The notes beneath the pieces are model-generated. The model worked only from the letters and a program-made list of their open reading frames with translations, was not told where the DNA came from and made no database searches. Source: a phage. Taken from it: 64,000 nt of DNA. The position numbers and the translations under genes were made by a program. Positions 1 through 12,597 of the stretch are shown piece after piece. How positions within the stretch are numbered: the stretch's first letter is position 1; every line of letters begins with the position of its first letter. The stretch is taken from the sequence record PZ809289.1; one strand, given 5' to 3'.

Positions 1-412
1 CGCCAGCAGCGATAGGGTCTTTACCATAAACTGCACGAAGGGCAAATACCTGGCCGGTAGGGTTATTCAGAGGCTGAACACCACAAATATCAAAAGCAAT
101 CAGATGAGGAATAGCACGACGAACCATACCCATTACTGCCGGCCCAATCTGAGTTACAGCACCAGAAGTCTGGCCAGCTGCGATATTGGTAGCATCATAA
201 CCGTGGTCACCACCAATTTCAGCTTCGGTCAGGAAAGAACCAAATGCTTCAGAGATTTTTTCATCACGATATTCCGGAGCAGTCAGGATGTCTTGTTCCT
301 GGTTTTCGAAAATTTTGGCGATGATAGCTTGTTTAGAAGCACCCACGATTTCAGGAAGGGCTTCGTTTTCCAGCAGAGCGGACCATTTTTGAACTAATGC
401 ATTCTTTTTCAT
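1..412 (-). CDS. 23: Major capsid protein gp23, N-terminal part; gene continues past window start
   Basis: Reverse translation from 412 gives MKKNALVQKWSALLENEALPEIVGASKQAIIAKIFENQ...GGDHGYDATNIAAGQTSGAVTQIGPAVMGMVRRAIP, recognisably T4 gp23 N-terminus; synteny with 22/21. Confidence 0.9.
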   Translation of the reverse strand, partial: MKKNALVQKWSALLENEALPEIVGASKQAIIAKIFENQEQDILTAPEYRDEKISEAFGSFLTEAEIGGDHGYDATNIAAGQTSGAVTQIGPAVMGMVRRAIPHLIAFDICGVQPLNNPTGQVFALRAVYGKDPIAAG

Positions 413-433
413 GTGTTGTATAACCTTATTAAA

Positions 434-1249
434 TTAAGAAATTCGTGATGCTGCGATTGCAGACAGGTCCGCGAAGGACAGGGTAGGCTTAGCGCCTTTT
501 TCTTCAACTGCTTCTGAAATGTAATTCAGTGCCGCAGCATCGTCTACATTTTTATTTATAGCGGCTTCGGTGATTGGGTTTCCAACGTCAGACTGACCTT
601 TAACCATTTCAACAATAGCGCCAATTTTTTTACCGAATGCATCGGAATAATCCATGCCTTCTACCAGAGAACTGACTTTTTCTTTTTGAGATTCGGTCAG
701 GTCTTTAGTTGCTTCCGTAACAGCAACTTCACGCTGTACGTAATTAATATACGCATCGCGCATACCAACTTCTTCGAACAGACGAGCGGTTTCATCTTTC
801 TGCTCTTGGAGCTCTTCTTCCATTTCAGCAACAACATCTACTGCTTCTTCTGGAACAACCACATTGTGTTCAACAAACAGTTCTTTCATACCCATCAACA
901 TGGATTCGAACAGTTCGGCTTTAATACCTTTATCAACAGCCAGCTGGTTTTCAGCCATCCATTCTTTAGCAACGTGGTCAAGGAAACGACCGGCAGCTTC
1001 TTGGATTTTCTTATCGGCTTTTTCTTCAGCTTCTTCTTTATTTTTCTCGACTTCTTCTTCCGCTTTTTCAGCGATTTTAGCGATGTGAGATTCAGCCAGT
1101 TTCACGGCGTGTTGCTTGACGGTAGCTTCGAATACAGTGCCGAAAGTTTCTTTTGCTTCCGGAGAAATATTAACTGATTCGAAAATACTGTCAAGAGCAA
1201 CGGAAGCATCAATATTCTGTGCTTCGGCGATCAGTTGTTCTTTAAGCAT
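434..1249 (-). CDS. 22: Prohead core scaffold protein gp22
   Basis: ORF-track protein MLKEQLIAEAQNIDASVALDSIFESVNISPEAKETFG... near-identical to remembered T4 gp22; acidic coiled coil. Confidence 0.9.
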   Translation of the reverse strand: MLKEQLIAEAQNIDASVALDSIFESVNISPEAKETFGTVFEATVKQHAVKLAESHIAKIAEKAEEEVEKNKEEAEEKADKKIQEAAGRFLDHVAKEWMAENQLAVDKGIKAELFESMLMGMKELFVEHNVVVPEEAVDVVAEMEEELQEQKDETARLFEEVGMRDAYINYVQREVAVTEATKDLTESQKEKVSSLVEGMDYSDAFGKKIGAIVEMVKGQSDVGNPITEAAINKNVDDAAALNYISEAVEEKGAKPTLSFADLSAIAASRIS

Positions 1250-1276
1250 TTTGTAGTCCTGTTGTTTAGATAATAA

Positions 1277-1284
1277 TATTTATA
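1277..1284 (-). promoter_or_regulatory. T4-type late promoter TATAAATA upstream of gene 22
   Basis: tatttata on plus strand, ~30 bp upstream of start at 1249. Confidence 0.6.
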
Positions 1285-1915
1285 ACGCTTTTTTCATGGC
1301 CTCTGCGAGAGCCATAAAGGCGTCATCGGCACTGGTATCGGTTTCTACCGTTTGTGATTCTGTAATTTGCTTCGGAGTTACATAAGCATCAGGAGCAGAT
1401 GGTCCCCATACTGCATCAACACCGACGGTTAATTTATAACCTTCGTTTACACGCTTATATCCTTTATTGGTTTCAGTTAAAGAACCAAGACCGCGAGAAC
1501 TAACACCAGGAACCCAGCCAGCTCGGATATTTGCAGCTAGTTTATCACCCGGGCCATGGTCACCTTCGATGATACGTGCACGTCCATAAACATCATTACC
1601 TTTCCACCACATATCTTCAATAATGATAGCAGCTTGCATAGGGTCAACGTTAGCACGAGGTGGGTGGTTTAATTCTCCTAAAGCTTGTTTAGTAGCAACC
1701 TGTTCTGCCATATAATCGGCAACGGCTTTTTCCAAAATAGGTTTTGGGTAAAGGCGTTTATTACGGTTAACTACCTCTGCTTGCATGAAAATGCCTTCTA
1801 TATAAAGGCCGGGAGCAAGCCCAGAATTTTTTCCATCATGAGATTCCAACATAGGAACCCCATCGATAATTTCACCTGGTTGTCCCCAATGTTCGATGAG
1901 CAATTCAGGTTTCAT
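1280..1915 (-). CDS. 21: Prohead protease gp21
   Basis: 211 aa; ...GELNHPPRANVDPMQAAIIIEDMWWKGNDVYGRARIIEGDHGPGDKLAANIRAGW... matches T4 gp21. Confidence 0.9.
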   Translation of the reverse strand: MKPELLIEHWGQPGEIIDGVPMLESHDGKNSGLAPGLYIEGIFMQAEVVNRNKRLYPKPILEKAVADYMAEQVATKQALGELNHPPRANVDPMQAAIIIEDMWWKGNDVYGRARIIEGDHGPGDKLAANIRAGWVPGVSSRGLGSLTETNKGYKRVNEGYKLTVGVDAVWGPSAPDAYVTPKQITESQTVETDTSADDAFMALAEAMKKAL

Positions 1916-2343
1916 TAGTTAAGTCCAAAAGCTTTACGTTTAGAACGGGCTTTCTTACGCTTACGTTCGGCACGTACTTGAGTAGACGGATTAGCACGTT
2001 TGGTTTTAGATGCTTTACGAGCAATCTGACGGCGTTTTGCTTTAGATAAACCTGTCGTTTGGAACGCATTACGTTGACGGGTTTTAATATCTTTAGTACG
2101 AGTAAGCTCACCTTTAGAGGAAACGTGTTTAACGATAAATTCGTTAAGAGCCATTGATTCATTTAAAGAACCAAGAGCGATAGCACATTCGATATCGCCT
2201 TCAGCAATCATGTTCTCTACAAGATTATTTATATCGCTTTTCTCGAGCGCTTCAGAAAGAGCAGCAAAACGTCCCTGTGCTTCTGGAATTTTGGCCTCTA
2301 CGCTTTCTAGAGTTAATTCGTAATCATCAGGGATAAGGAACAT
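1915..2343 (-). CDS. 68: Prohead core protein gp68
   Basis: 142 aa, basic C-terminus; position between 21 and 67 as in T4. Confidence 0.7.
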   Translation of the reverse strand: MFLIPDDYELTLESVEAKIPEAQGRFAALSEALEKSDINNLVENMIAEGDIECAIALGSLNESMALNEFIVKHVSSKGELTRTKDIKTRQRNAFQTTGLSKAKRRQIARKASKTKRANPSTQVRAERKRKKARSKRKAFGLN

Positions 2344-2588
2344 TATTCGTCGTCCTCGTCATCATCCGCATCGTCAGATTCTTTTTTGTCTTTCTTATCT
2401 GCTTTATCGGATTTTTCGTCGTCTTCGTCATCTTCGTCAGCTTCTTCGCCTTCAATCATAACGGAGCGAGCAATTTCTGCTTTACGGGCTTCAATCAAAG
2501 CGGTTACTCGAGATTCGATAAGCGGGGCTGCTGCTTTACGAACTGCTACGAGGTCGTTTGATTTAATAGCTTCGATTAAATCTTCCAT
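2343..2588 (-). CDS. 67: Prohead core protein gp67
   Basis: 81 aa with poly-acidic C-terminal tail; position between 68 and 20 as in T4. Confidence 0.7.
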   Translation of the reverse strand: MEDLIEAIKSNDLVAVRKAAAPLIESRVTALIEARKAEIARSVMIEGEEADEDDEDDEKSDKADKKDKKESDDADDDEDDE

Positions 2589-4162
2589 TAGAAATCCTCT
2601 TCTTCTTCATCTGGGTTTTGGAAACGAGCCTCTTTAGACTCTTCTTCAATTTGCTTAGCTTCTTGATTAATTTCTTCGTCGGTCATTTGGAGGAAATCTT
2701 TCATAGCCGTTTGATGTGAAATATACTTACCAATAAATGGTTCAGCCATCGTTAGCATATTGATTCTGCGTTCCATGATTTCAGCATCTTTCATTTCACT
2801 GAAATAGCTATCACGGTTAAACGTAACTTTAATATTATTTATTTCCTTTTCCCACTCATCTTCTGTAATAATCTTTTTAAGAATGAGGTTTGTTTTTAAC
2901 GGGTCTAGGAAAATTTCTTCAAATTTGTTTTGTAGTTGACGAATCCATTTAGAGAATTTTAATTCGTCACGAGTGATTGCTGTACCGGCATCAAACATAA
3001 CACCAGAATTAGACTCGCTAGGGATACGTGATTCAGGAACACGCAACGCACGGTAAAGTGCTGTGCGGAAATAAAGAACGTCATCCATATCACTCATACC
3101 AGTAGCACCTGGCATTGTATCAACTTCTGTTACCGCTTTACCATCACGACGTTGCAACCAATAGTCTTCAGTCATGGACATATTGTGTTGTTGGTTTTTA
3201 ATTTTACCTGTCGAAGCATCATACACCACACGGTTTTTCATCGTGTTCATGATATGTTGCATTTGTGCTGCAGCCTTACGTGAAGGCATATTACCTGTAT
3301 CGATATAAAACACACGACGGTCAGGAGCACGTGTAATACGGTAGATGACCATTGCGTCTTCCATCAATTTAAGCTGGTTTGCAGGCTTAATAGCACGTTG
3401 CAAATAGCCAATGATGTTTTTACCACAACAATCTAATAATCCAGAATGAGCATAAACCACTGCAGCACGAGGAATTTTAACTTTAGTCCCGGCTGAATAA
3501 ATGCGTCCATCAGCGCAATAACTTTCATGGCCTGTATCATAAACGAAAAACTCGCGATATCCGTCTACAACTTTAACGCCATCTTCCATACGTGTAACGA
3601 TTTCACGAATATATTGGACCTGGCGTGGGTCTAAGCGACGAAGCTCTTGTACGCCATCTTTCATTTTTTTAGGGTTTATAATTTTATGAAAGAAAATTCT
3701 TGAGTCTACATACCAGCGTTGGAAATGGTCAGTACCTTTACGTTGGAAATTTAAAAGGTTTAAAACTTCACTGAATTCGGCCAAGATTTTATCTTTAATT
3801 GCTTGACTAAATTCTGTCCCGTCTAAATTCAATGCAACTACTTCTTTATCATCCTCATAGACAATAGCGTCAGACACAATTTCCTGTACGGCGTTGTCGA
3901 CTTCATAGTTGTTCATTAAATTACGGTAGGTATCAATAAGTTCCCTGGTATTTTTAACTTCAGGCTCATTACTACCAAACATCTGTTGCATAAGAGCATT
4001 ATAAGGAATATTTTGCTCTTGTGTCTCAATTTCGCGAGCGCCATCATCAAGCTTAGGTGCGGTGACAGACTCTAAATTGTTATTAATTTGTTGTTTATAT
4101 TCTTTTTCGTCTTCATTAGCCCATGGCTTAAGAAAACTTAATATTGTATTAAAGTTTGCCAT
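2588..4162 (-). CDS. 20: Portal vertex protein gp20
   Basis: 524 aa, same length as T4 gp20; synteny. Confidence 0.9.
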   Translation of the reverse strand: MANFNTILSFLKPWANEDEKEYKQQINNNLESVTAPKLDDGAREIETQEQNIPYNALMQQMFGSNEPEVKNTRELIDTYRNLMNNYEVDNAVQEIVSDAIVYEDDKEVVALNLDGTEFSQAIKDKILAEFSEVLNLLNFQRKGTDHFQRWYVDSRIFFHKIINPKKMKDGVQELRRLDPRQVQYIREIVTRMEDGVKVVDGYREFFVYDTGHESYCADGRIYSAGTKVKIPRAAVVYAHSGLLDCCGKNIIGYLQRAIKPANQLKLMEDAMVIYRITRAPDRRVFYIDTGNMPSRKAAAQMQHIMNTMKNRVVYDASTGKIKNQQHNMSMTEDYWLQRRDGKAVTEVDTMPGATGMSDMDDVLYFRTALYRALRVPESRIPSESNSGVMFDAGTAITRDELKFSKWIRQLQNKFEEIFLDPLKTNLILKKIITEDEWEKEINNIKVTFNRDSYFSEMKDAEIMERRINMLTMAEPFIGKYISHQTAMKDFLQMTDEEINQEAKQIEEESKEARFQNPDEEEEDF

Positions 4163-4210
4163 TAGAGTCTCCGATGAATGGGATAAGGAGCCGAAGCTCC
4201 TTGATAATTC

Positions 4211-4218
4211 TATTTATA
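4211..4218 (-). promoter_or_regulatory. Late promoter TATAAATA upstream of gene 20
   Basis: tatttata on plus strand. Confidence 0.6.
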
Positions 4219-4219
4219 C

Positions 4220-4711
4220 TCATTCCCACCAATCGATAGCGAACGTAGATTCGAAAGTTTCTACCTCGTTGTTGCTGTCCCAATCCATCTGGACTTCACC
4301 AACGTTAGTAGGCCATAAGCCGTAAATTGTAACTTCTTTGGTCACAGTCTTGCCGTCACGATGGAACTGGCGAACTACTGCTTGTTTCTTATATTCTGCA
4401 GGTGCTGCACCGGTAATTTCATTGGTCATACCGTGACAGAGATTCTGCCAATCGACAATTGCTTGACGGGTGTCATGTGCATCATCGTTATAAATGGTAA
4501 TGGTCCAATCATCAAACGTACGGTCACCGGCTACGTTAATTTTACGGTTCATGTAGCCAACCGGTACTTTTTCTACAATGCCTGCCGGCATAGGTGCTGC
4601 TTTACATTTAAAGCTAAAGTTTTTACCCAGAAATGGAATTTCCACTTCGAAAAGGTTAGGGCGTGCAAAGTCACCTGACTCAAACGCACGAGTGATATCT
4701 GTCAACTCCAT
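4220..4711 (-). CDS. 19: Tail tube protein gp19
   Basis: 163 aa, same length as T4 gp19; synteny. Confidence 0.9.
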   Translation of the reverse strand: MELTDITRAFESGDFARPNLFEVEIPFLGKNFSFKCKAAPMPAGIVEKVPVGYMNRKINVAGDRTFDDWTITIYNDDAHDTRQAIVDWQNLCHGMTNEITGAAPAEYKKQAVVRQFHRDGKTVTKEVTIYGLWPTNVGEVQMDWDSNNEVETFESTFAIDWWE

Positions 4712-4763
4712 GGGATGCCTCTTAAGTCAGTTCCTGGACACACCAGGAACGTTCTGATTAATT

Positions 4764-4771
4764 TATTTATA
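4764..4771 (-). promoter_or_regulatory. Late promoter TATAAATA upstream of gene 19
   Basis: tatttata on plus strand. Confidence 0.6.
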
Positions 4772-4848
4772 ACAGTTGATAAATCATATTCCTAAAGAAT
4801 AATCAATCCCAGGCGCAATTCTACGTGATGTACGCTGTAACCAAACTC

Positions 4849-4880
4849 ATGGTATAATGGTTTTAGGTTCTTTATATTAC
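4849..4880 (+). promoter_or_regulatory. Extended -10 promoter-like element on plus strand inside late-gene cluster
   Basis: ATGGTATAATGGTTTTAGGTTCTTTA; would read antisense through the HNH gene. Confidence 0.3.
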
Positions 4881-4918
4881 AGCCTGGGATAATAGATTAT
4901 ACTAATAATATAATTTAT

Positions 4919-5575
4919 TTAGGATAGTAAGTCCCATAAGTCTATTGAACTAGACTTACTTTTAGCTCTATTGGATTCCCAAGTGATTATTTCTAAATTT
5001 GATAATTGTCCAATTATCTCTGCTGGGATATGGTTATAGAACCCATAAGCTACTGAAACCTTATGGTCTAATTGGTAAGCACCTTCAACTCCACATAACC
5101 CTATTTTATCTGCATTTTCCCAAGCCATCCATTCATCTTTACAAGCATAAGTAACAGCTCTAACCTTTGCTGCGTAGGCAAAGTACTCTGATTTATTAGG
5201 GTTCCATCTTGGATGGTTTTCACCTTGCATATGAGGTAGAGTTTTACCTTTATTAGCTTTACCGTGGGTGTTACCTATAAGAGCTTCGTGACGCCTACAA
5301 GGATAACATACATCGGTATTTCTAGCAATCCTTTGTTTGAATTCTGTGCCACATTTATCGCAGATACATTGAACTTCTTTATTAGAACCATCCTTTAAAT
5401 CAGAAACTTTTGCTCGAATAGTTTGGCACTTATGCCCATGCTTCGGTGCTCCTAGAGGTTCCAACTCATACCCTAAGTCTAAGAAATAACTGTAATTGTT
5501 AGTATTTATTTTTACATCAACAAATTTAGTAATAATCACTTTAGAAATCCTTGCGCGTATTGTGTATACGCGCAT
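4919..5575 (-). CDS. Free-standing HNH-family homing endonuclease (mob-like) inserted between genes 19 and 18
   Basis: 218 aa; N-terminal Cys cluster (CICDKCGTEF...CYPCRRH) and C-terminal HNH/HNN-like motif (QLDHKVS...SNLEIITWESNRAKS); absent at this position in T4. Confidence 0.7.
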   Translation of the reverse strand: MRVYTIRARISKVIITKFVDVKINTNNYSYFLDLGYELEPLGAPKHGHKCQTIRAKVSDLKDGSNKEVQCICDKCGTEFKQRIARNTDVCYPCRRHEALIGNTHGKANKGKTLPHMQGENHPRWNPNKSEYFAYAAKVRAVTYACKDEWMAWENADKIGLCGVEGAYQLDHKVSVAYGFYNHIPAEIIGQLSNLEIITWESNRAKSKSSSIDLWDLLS

Positions 5576-5603
5576 TATACCATAAAGCTTAGAGCAAGTA
5601 AAC

Positions 5604-7586
5604 TTAAACTAGTGGTCCAATCAACTCGTCAAAATCTGCACCGGTAGAAGTAGCTACGAAATTAAGAGTGATATAATTTATCGATCTCGCCGGTTTGATG
5701 TATATATTAGCAATAAACTCGTTACGGTCGATAACCGCAGGGGTGTTCACTGTAGTATCACAAACCACACGTCCTTCATAAATCCCACCAAGTGCCTTAA
5801 TACCATCTAAGTACTGAGAAACTTCCATACGGAAGCTTGAACGAGTGAAGTTGTCGTTCAATTCAAACAGTTTATATTTAGAGGCATCACCGATATTTTT
5901 CTTAAGCATGTTGAACAGACGGCGAACGTTAATATGGTCCATCGGAGATGGAACTTTAGTTGCAGTCTTATCACCAAACAATACGAAACCATCGCCACCA
6001 GCAAAACCAACAACTGGGTTAATAGCTTCTTGGTACATGCGGTCACGTTGAGCTTGACGTGGTTCAATTGCCAATTTCAGAACGTTAAGAATCTGGCCAC
6101 GGTTATAACCTGCCGGGGACATCCAAGGCTGAGAAACATCATCTGTACGCGCACACAAACCAGCCATATCAGCGGCCAGAGGCACCCAACGGTTTACGTC
6201 ATTATATTTGTCATACTGATATTTATAGTTACCATCAATAGCAGCATAAGTGGTGCTAATGTTCATGTTGTTGGTATCGAAAGTACCTGCACCGGTACGC
6301 CAGTCGATAAGATTATCTACTGCACGAGTCAATGGAACGTTAACCAACAGTCCTTTAGGAGGAGAAATAAATGCCAAGCAATCCTGACGTTCATCAGCAA
6401 TACTAACAACGTGTTTCTGGACGGTAGAAGCAACTTCATCACCTTCACCGGCAACGGCACCAGCAATCAAAAGGTTAATATGGAGTGCTTCACGGTCGGC
6501 AAACAAATCCCAACCCTGCATCAAATCACTCGCAGTAACCTGATCGTTAGCAGATACACCACCCATAAGATTAATGATACCACTGAAGCCTTTAGGCCAG
6601 TTCAAAGAGGTAGCAAAAATATAGTTAGAAGTACCTTTAGCGAAATAGTCGTCAAGATAAATGTTATTACCGTAAACGTCTTTTTCACCTTCTTTGGTAG
6701 AAAGTACGACAGATTCTACGATAGCGCCATCACGACGAACAATAATTGCGTATTGGTCATCTGTTTGCGGGCCGTAGTTAAATACTGCCTTGGCAATAGA
6801 AGCACGGGTACCACCGCCAGGATAAATATCCAGCATTTTAGAAGAACCGACATCATAAGCTGCTTTAGAAACAATTTCTACTTCTAAGGTGCTGCCAATT
6901 TCACCAGGATAAAGAGCGACCACGCCAGGCATACCAAACTGTTTAAGAGACGCTTGGAATTCTAGGGAAGTAATAGCTTCTTCACTGTTCTCTGCTTCGG
7001 TCAAAAGAATACCGGAATCGGTTACGATTTTACCAACGGTAATAGTACCAGAAACACCTGAAGAGGCAGAAGTTACTTCAGCAGTCCATGCCGGGCCGAG
7101 GTTCGGATACTGGTTTAAAGAACGTGCATAAGCAATAATTTTTGCTGATGGGATAAACACGGAAAGAATTTTACCATCCGTATCTACAGAAGTCACACGA
7201 CCTTCAGATTCAACAACAGTCTGGTTATATTTGATATTAATTTTATCGCCTACCGCATAGTTAGAACCTGCAGTAGTAATAGTGGTTTGGACGTTACCCG
7301 CTACCGGAGACGCGTTTTTAGCGAATTCACGGTTAACAACACGAACAGTACGAAGGTCGTTACCATACTGGAGGAAGTTCATACCCGACATGAAGTAATC
7401 AGCAACTTCGTTATTAGGACCTCCAAATAAGTCGACCAGTTCAACTTCATTAGTAATCTGAGTTACCTGGAAAGCAGGGCCCCACTGGAATTTACCAACC
7501 AGCGCTGCACGACCCGTTGCGTTACGAACGACAGTACTCTGTACGGACGTTTCTTTGAGCTCAATGCCCGGTGATAATAAAGACAT
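5604..7586 (-). CDS. 18: Tail sheath protein gp18
   Basis: 660 aa; MSLLSPGIELKETSVQSTVV...RDGAIVESVVLSTK...NFVATSTGADFDEL matches T4 gp18. Confidence 0.9.
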   Translation of the reverse strand: MSLLSPGIELKETSVQSTVVRNATGRAALVGKFQWGPAFQVTQITNEVELVDLFGGPNNEVADYFMSGMNFLQYGNDLRTVRVVNREFAKNASPVAGNVQTTITTAGSNYAVGDKINIKYNQTVVESEGRVTSVDTDGKILSVFIPSAKIIAYARSLNQYPNLGPAWTAEVTSASSGVSGTITVGKIVTDSGILLTEAENSEEAITSLEFQASLKQFGMPGVVALYPGEIGSTLEVEIVSKAAYDVGSSKMLDIYPGGGTRASIAKAVFNYGPQTDDQYAIIVRRDGAIVESVVLSTKEGEKDVYGNNIYLDDYFAKGTSNYIFATSLNWPKGFSGIINLMGGVSANDQVTASDLMQGWDLFADREALHINLLIAGAVAGEGDEVASTVQKHVVSIADERQDCLAFISPPKGLLVNVPLTRAVDNLIDWRTGAGTFDTNNMNISTTYAAIDGNYKYQYDKYNDVNRWVPLAADMAGLCARTDDVSQPWMSPAGYNRGQILNVLKLAIEPRQAQRDRMYQEAINPVVGFAGGDGFVLFGDKTATKVPSPMDHINVRRLFNMLKKNIGDASKYKLFELNDNFTRSSFRMEVSQYLDGIKALGGIYEGRVVCDTTVNTPAVIDRNEFIANIYIKPARSINYITLNFVATSTGADFDELIGPLV

Positions 7587-7615
7587 TTTGAATCCTCTTG
7601 GTTATGCTTTATTGT

Positions 7616-9925
<2,310 letters not shown>

Positions 9926-9929
<4 letters not shown>

Positions 9930-10795
9930 GGGTTTCTCCTTGGTGCTGGAGGCGCTGGCTCGACAGGCACTGGAATATCTTGTGAATATGTTTGAATGGA
10001 CTTACCGTCCCATTCTTTTTCTTCTACACCTCTAGGAACCACTTCGCTATCAACCGATTCGAAATTACCTTCAGGAGCGAGTTCCTTTGAGTTGGCAAAG
10101 AAATCAAGATAAATGGTTTTAATTTCGCCTTCCATTTCCTTCACAGGAGGATATAACCAACCATTAACCTCAAACATCATAGACCACTCTAAGCGACGTC
10201 TAGAAGTGGTATCACCTTCTAATTGTTCATCCATTGCTATAGATTGGAACACAATACGGATATCACGGTCAAATTTAATTTCGTTTGTATAGAGTTCAGT
10301 GATAGTTGTATTGAAGTGAGGTTGGAAATAAGGCATAATCTGTTCTACAATTTGGAACATATCATCTTGGGTTCTAGTGTAAATACCCAGTTCGAAAATC
10401 ATTTTAACCGGAGTAGGAGAATATTGGCTGACACGCTTACGTGGGTCGCCATTCTCAAATTGAATTTGTGTTCTGTTTTGAAGGGCTGTTTTATATTGTG
10501 AGTTGTAAAGCATATCAACCATTTGGAGGTTCATACGCGGAAGAACTGTTTCCACTTTAGCTTTTTGTTCGGCCCGTTCTTTAGCTGTCATATTAGGATT
10601 TGGAATATTCTGTACTGCCGTCCATTTACCTAAGTTAGCCATAAATCTTTCTTTAGAAGCATATGTAATAGGAACCTTAATAAATTTAAGTCCTGTATCT
10701 TCTCTTTGACGTGCTACTTGAACATGGGAAAATAAATCACCCATCAAAACAATATAGCGACGTAGCGAACTATTATACCAATGTCCAAACATCAA
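9926..10795 (-). CDS. 15: Tail sheath stabiliser/terminator gp15
   Basis: 289 aa; position between 16 and 14. Confidence 0.8.
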
Positions 10796-10831
10796 ACCTC
10801 CTAAAATGGCGCACCATGCGCCATGTATTAT

Positions 10832-11605
10832 TTAATCATCTAAAAAAGCATCATCAAATGCTGTAGGAGGAGCATCCTCTCCTCGTCCATTAATTACAAC
10901 ATAAGGATGTACGAATTCCGCCGCTTCAGCATTAATCTCATTGACCTCTTCATATTGAATGTCGGAGATATCAGCCAATCCGTCGATATTCTTAACAGGC
11001 ATTAAATCAAGCTCACTAAACTCAGGGATATTAATACCTTCATTTCTCTGTAATTCAGGGCGAAGTTCTTCACCATTGTAAATGAACTTGGTAGCGGTGA
11101 TGCGCCGCTGGACGTTAGCTCCTACTTGATAGAATGGGTCGTAAGGTTGTACCCAGTTAATTTCGAATAGGCTGTTGTCCATTGGGAAATAAATCAAATC
11201 ACCTGAAACAGGTTCAGTGCCATTGCATTGATGTTTAAAAAGGTTAGGGTTAATTGTGATTGTTACTTCATCATTAACCATCATACCGAACTTACTGAAA
11301 TAAGTATTGTCACCGGAATAACCTTCAAAGGAATCCAAATAACCTGCAAATTTCCAGGCTTTAGTAAATTTGTTCTGAAGGTCTTCGCCAAATAGCTGGT
11401 CTGGATTAACGTATTCACGTGGTATATAATAAAGCTCAATACCACGCATTTGAATAGACTCAGCAACTAAAGCATCAGCCAATGTTTGGGTATTCTCATG
11501 CTTGTAGAAGTTGACGAACAGATTCATTATTTCAGTTTCGTTCGTGTTAGCATAGCCAGTATTATTTTCCAGCTTGGCAAATAAACTCGAATCGAAAGTA
11601 GCCAT
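10832..11605 (-). CDS. 14: Neck protein gp14
   Basis: 257 aa; synteny. Confidence 0.8.
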   Translation of the reverse strand: MATFDSSLFAKLENNTGYANTNETEIMNLFVNFYKHENTQTLADALVAESIQMRGIELYYIPREYVNPDQLFGEDLQNKFTKAWKFAGYLDSFEGYSGDNTYFSKFGMMVNDEVTITINPNLFKHQCNGTEPVSGDLIYFPMDNSLFEINWVQPYDPFYQVGANVQRRITATKFIYNGEELRPELQRNEGINIPEFSELDLMPVKNIDGLADISDIQYEEVNEINAEAAEFVHPYVVINGRGEDAPPTAFDDAFLDD

Positions 11606-11607
11606 AA

Positions 11608-12543
11608 TTATCCAATTAAAATAGGTGTCGGTGGGTCGAGTAAATCTAATTCTTCGCGAAGGCGTTCTTTTTCTAAACGAGCTTCTTCAATCAATCGAAT
11701 ACCATCTACAGTGGTTCCACCCGCAAGTTGCATGCCTTGGTGTTTGGCCAAAATATTACCATTGACTTCTTTAACCAATGCCGTCGCATAATCTTTGACC
11801 CAACGGTTATTATATGAACCATCTTGCAAACCAAGGTCTTCACCTGCCCTCATACCTGAAATACGACGAGCCGGGTTATCCCAAATAGCTCCGGGGCTCC
11901 ATTCATTTTCGTCGCACCCACCAGAGGCATATCCATATCCTGCGGTATTTCCTACCATAGAATCGACCCCATTAAAAGAGCGAGTATAAACTTCAATTAC
12001 AATAAAATCGCCTTTAACAAAGTTACCCATTACCTTCAACTGTTCAGTGGCATCGTTATACCAATAATCAGGCAATGGAACCAAAAGGTCCTGCATCATA
12101 GAACGATATTGCATTAATTGTGTAAAATACCCGAGGTCAGCACCAAAGGCATTAGGCCCAAAGCTGTTACAAGAAGTTCCAAGACCGCCGTTAATACCAG
12201 CTAGGCCTAATACAAAATCAGTAAACCATGGATAAGTCGCTTGGCCATCCATAGATGTTAAAGAACCTACATTAGTTCTTAAAATTTGTGTTACTGCAAA
12301 TATATTACGGCCTTTAAGGTCAAATACGCCGTTACGGAATTTTTCTTCGTCATCATGGCCTATATAAAAAGCCTGATAACCTTTGTTATAGCCGTTATAA
12401 TGATACTCACCGTAGAGCTCCAGGGCGCGCTGGATGCAATCGTATACTTGGTCTGTAGTTACTTCAATATTCGTAATCGGTGCACCCAGGCGGCGCAGGA
12501 TTGCGTCCTTGAGTTGCTTAGGGTTATATGATTCACTTGCCAT
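11608..12543 (-). CDS. 13: Neck protein gp13
   Basis: 311 aa; synteny. Confidence 0.8.
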   Translation of the reverse strand: MASESYNPKQLKDAILRRLGAPITNIEVTTDQVYDCIQRALELYGEYHYNGYNKGYQAFYIGHDDEEKFRNGVFDLKGRNIFAVTQILRTNVGSLTSMDGQATYPWFTDFVLGLAGINGGLGTSCNSFGPNAFGADLGYFTQLMQYRSMMQDLLVPLPDYWYNDATEQLKVMGNFVKGDFIVIEVYTRSFNGVDSMVGNTAGYGYASGGCDENEWSPGAIWDNPARRISGMRAGEDLGLQDGSYNNRWVKDYATALVKEVNGNILAKHQGMQLAGGTTVDGIRLIEEARLEKERLREELDLLDPPTPILIG

Positions 12544-12564
12544 GGTTTATTCCTCTAATAACCG

Positions 12565-12572
12565 TATTTATA
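12565..12572 (-). promoter_or_regulatory. Late promoter TATAAATA upstream of gene 13
   Basis: tatttata on plus strand. Confidence 0.55.
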
Positions 12573-12574
12573 GC

Positions 12575-12597
12575 AAAAAAGGGCCGAAGCCCTTTTA
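12575..12597. terminator. Bidirectional hairpin terminator between wac and gene 13
   Basis: A6-GGGCCGAAGCCC-T4. Confidence 0.5.

Noticed and set aside
104-1177. Plus-strand ORFs of 97, 163 and 74 aa overlapping genes 23 and 22
   Set aside because: Antisense to well-supported capsid and scaffold genes; no SD or promoter context.
5934-6887. 317-aa plus-strand ORF inside the tail sheath gene
   Set aside because: Lies antisense within gene 18, whose minus-strand product is unmistakably gp18; Cys/Arg-rich low-complexity translation typical of a spurious antisense frame.
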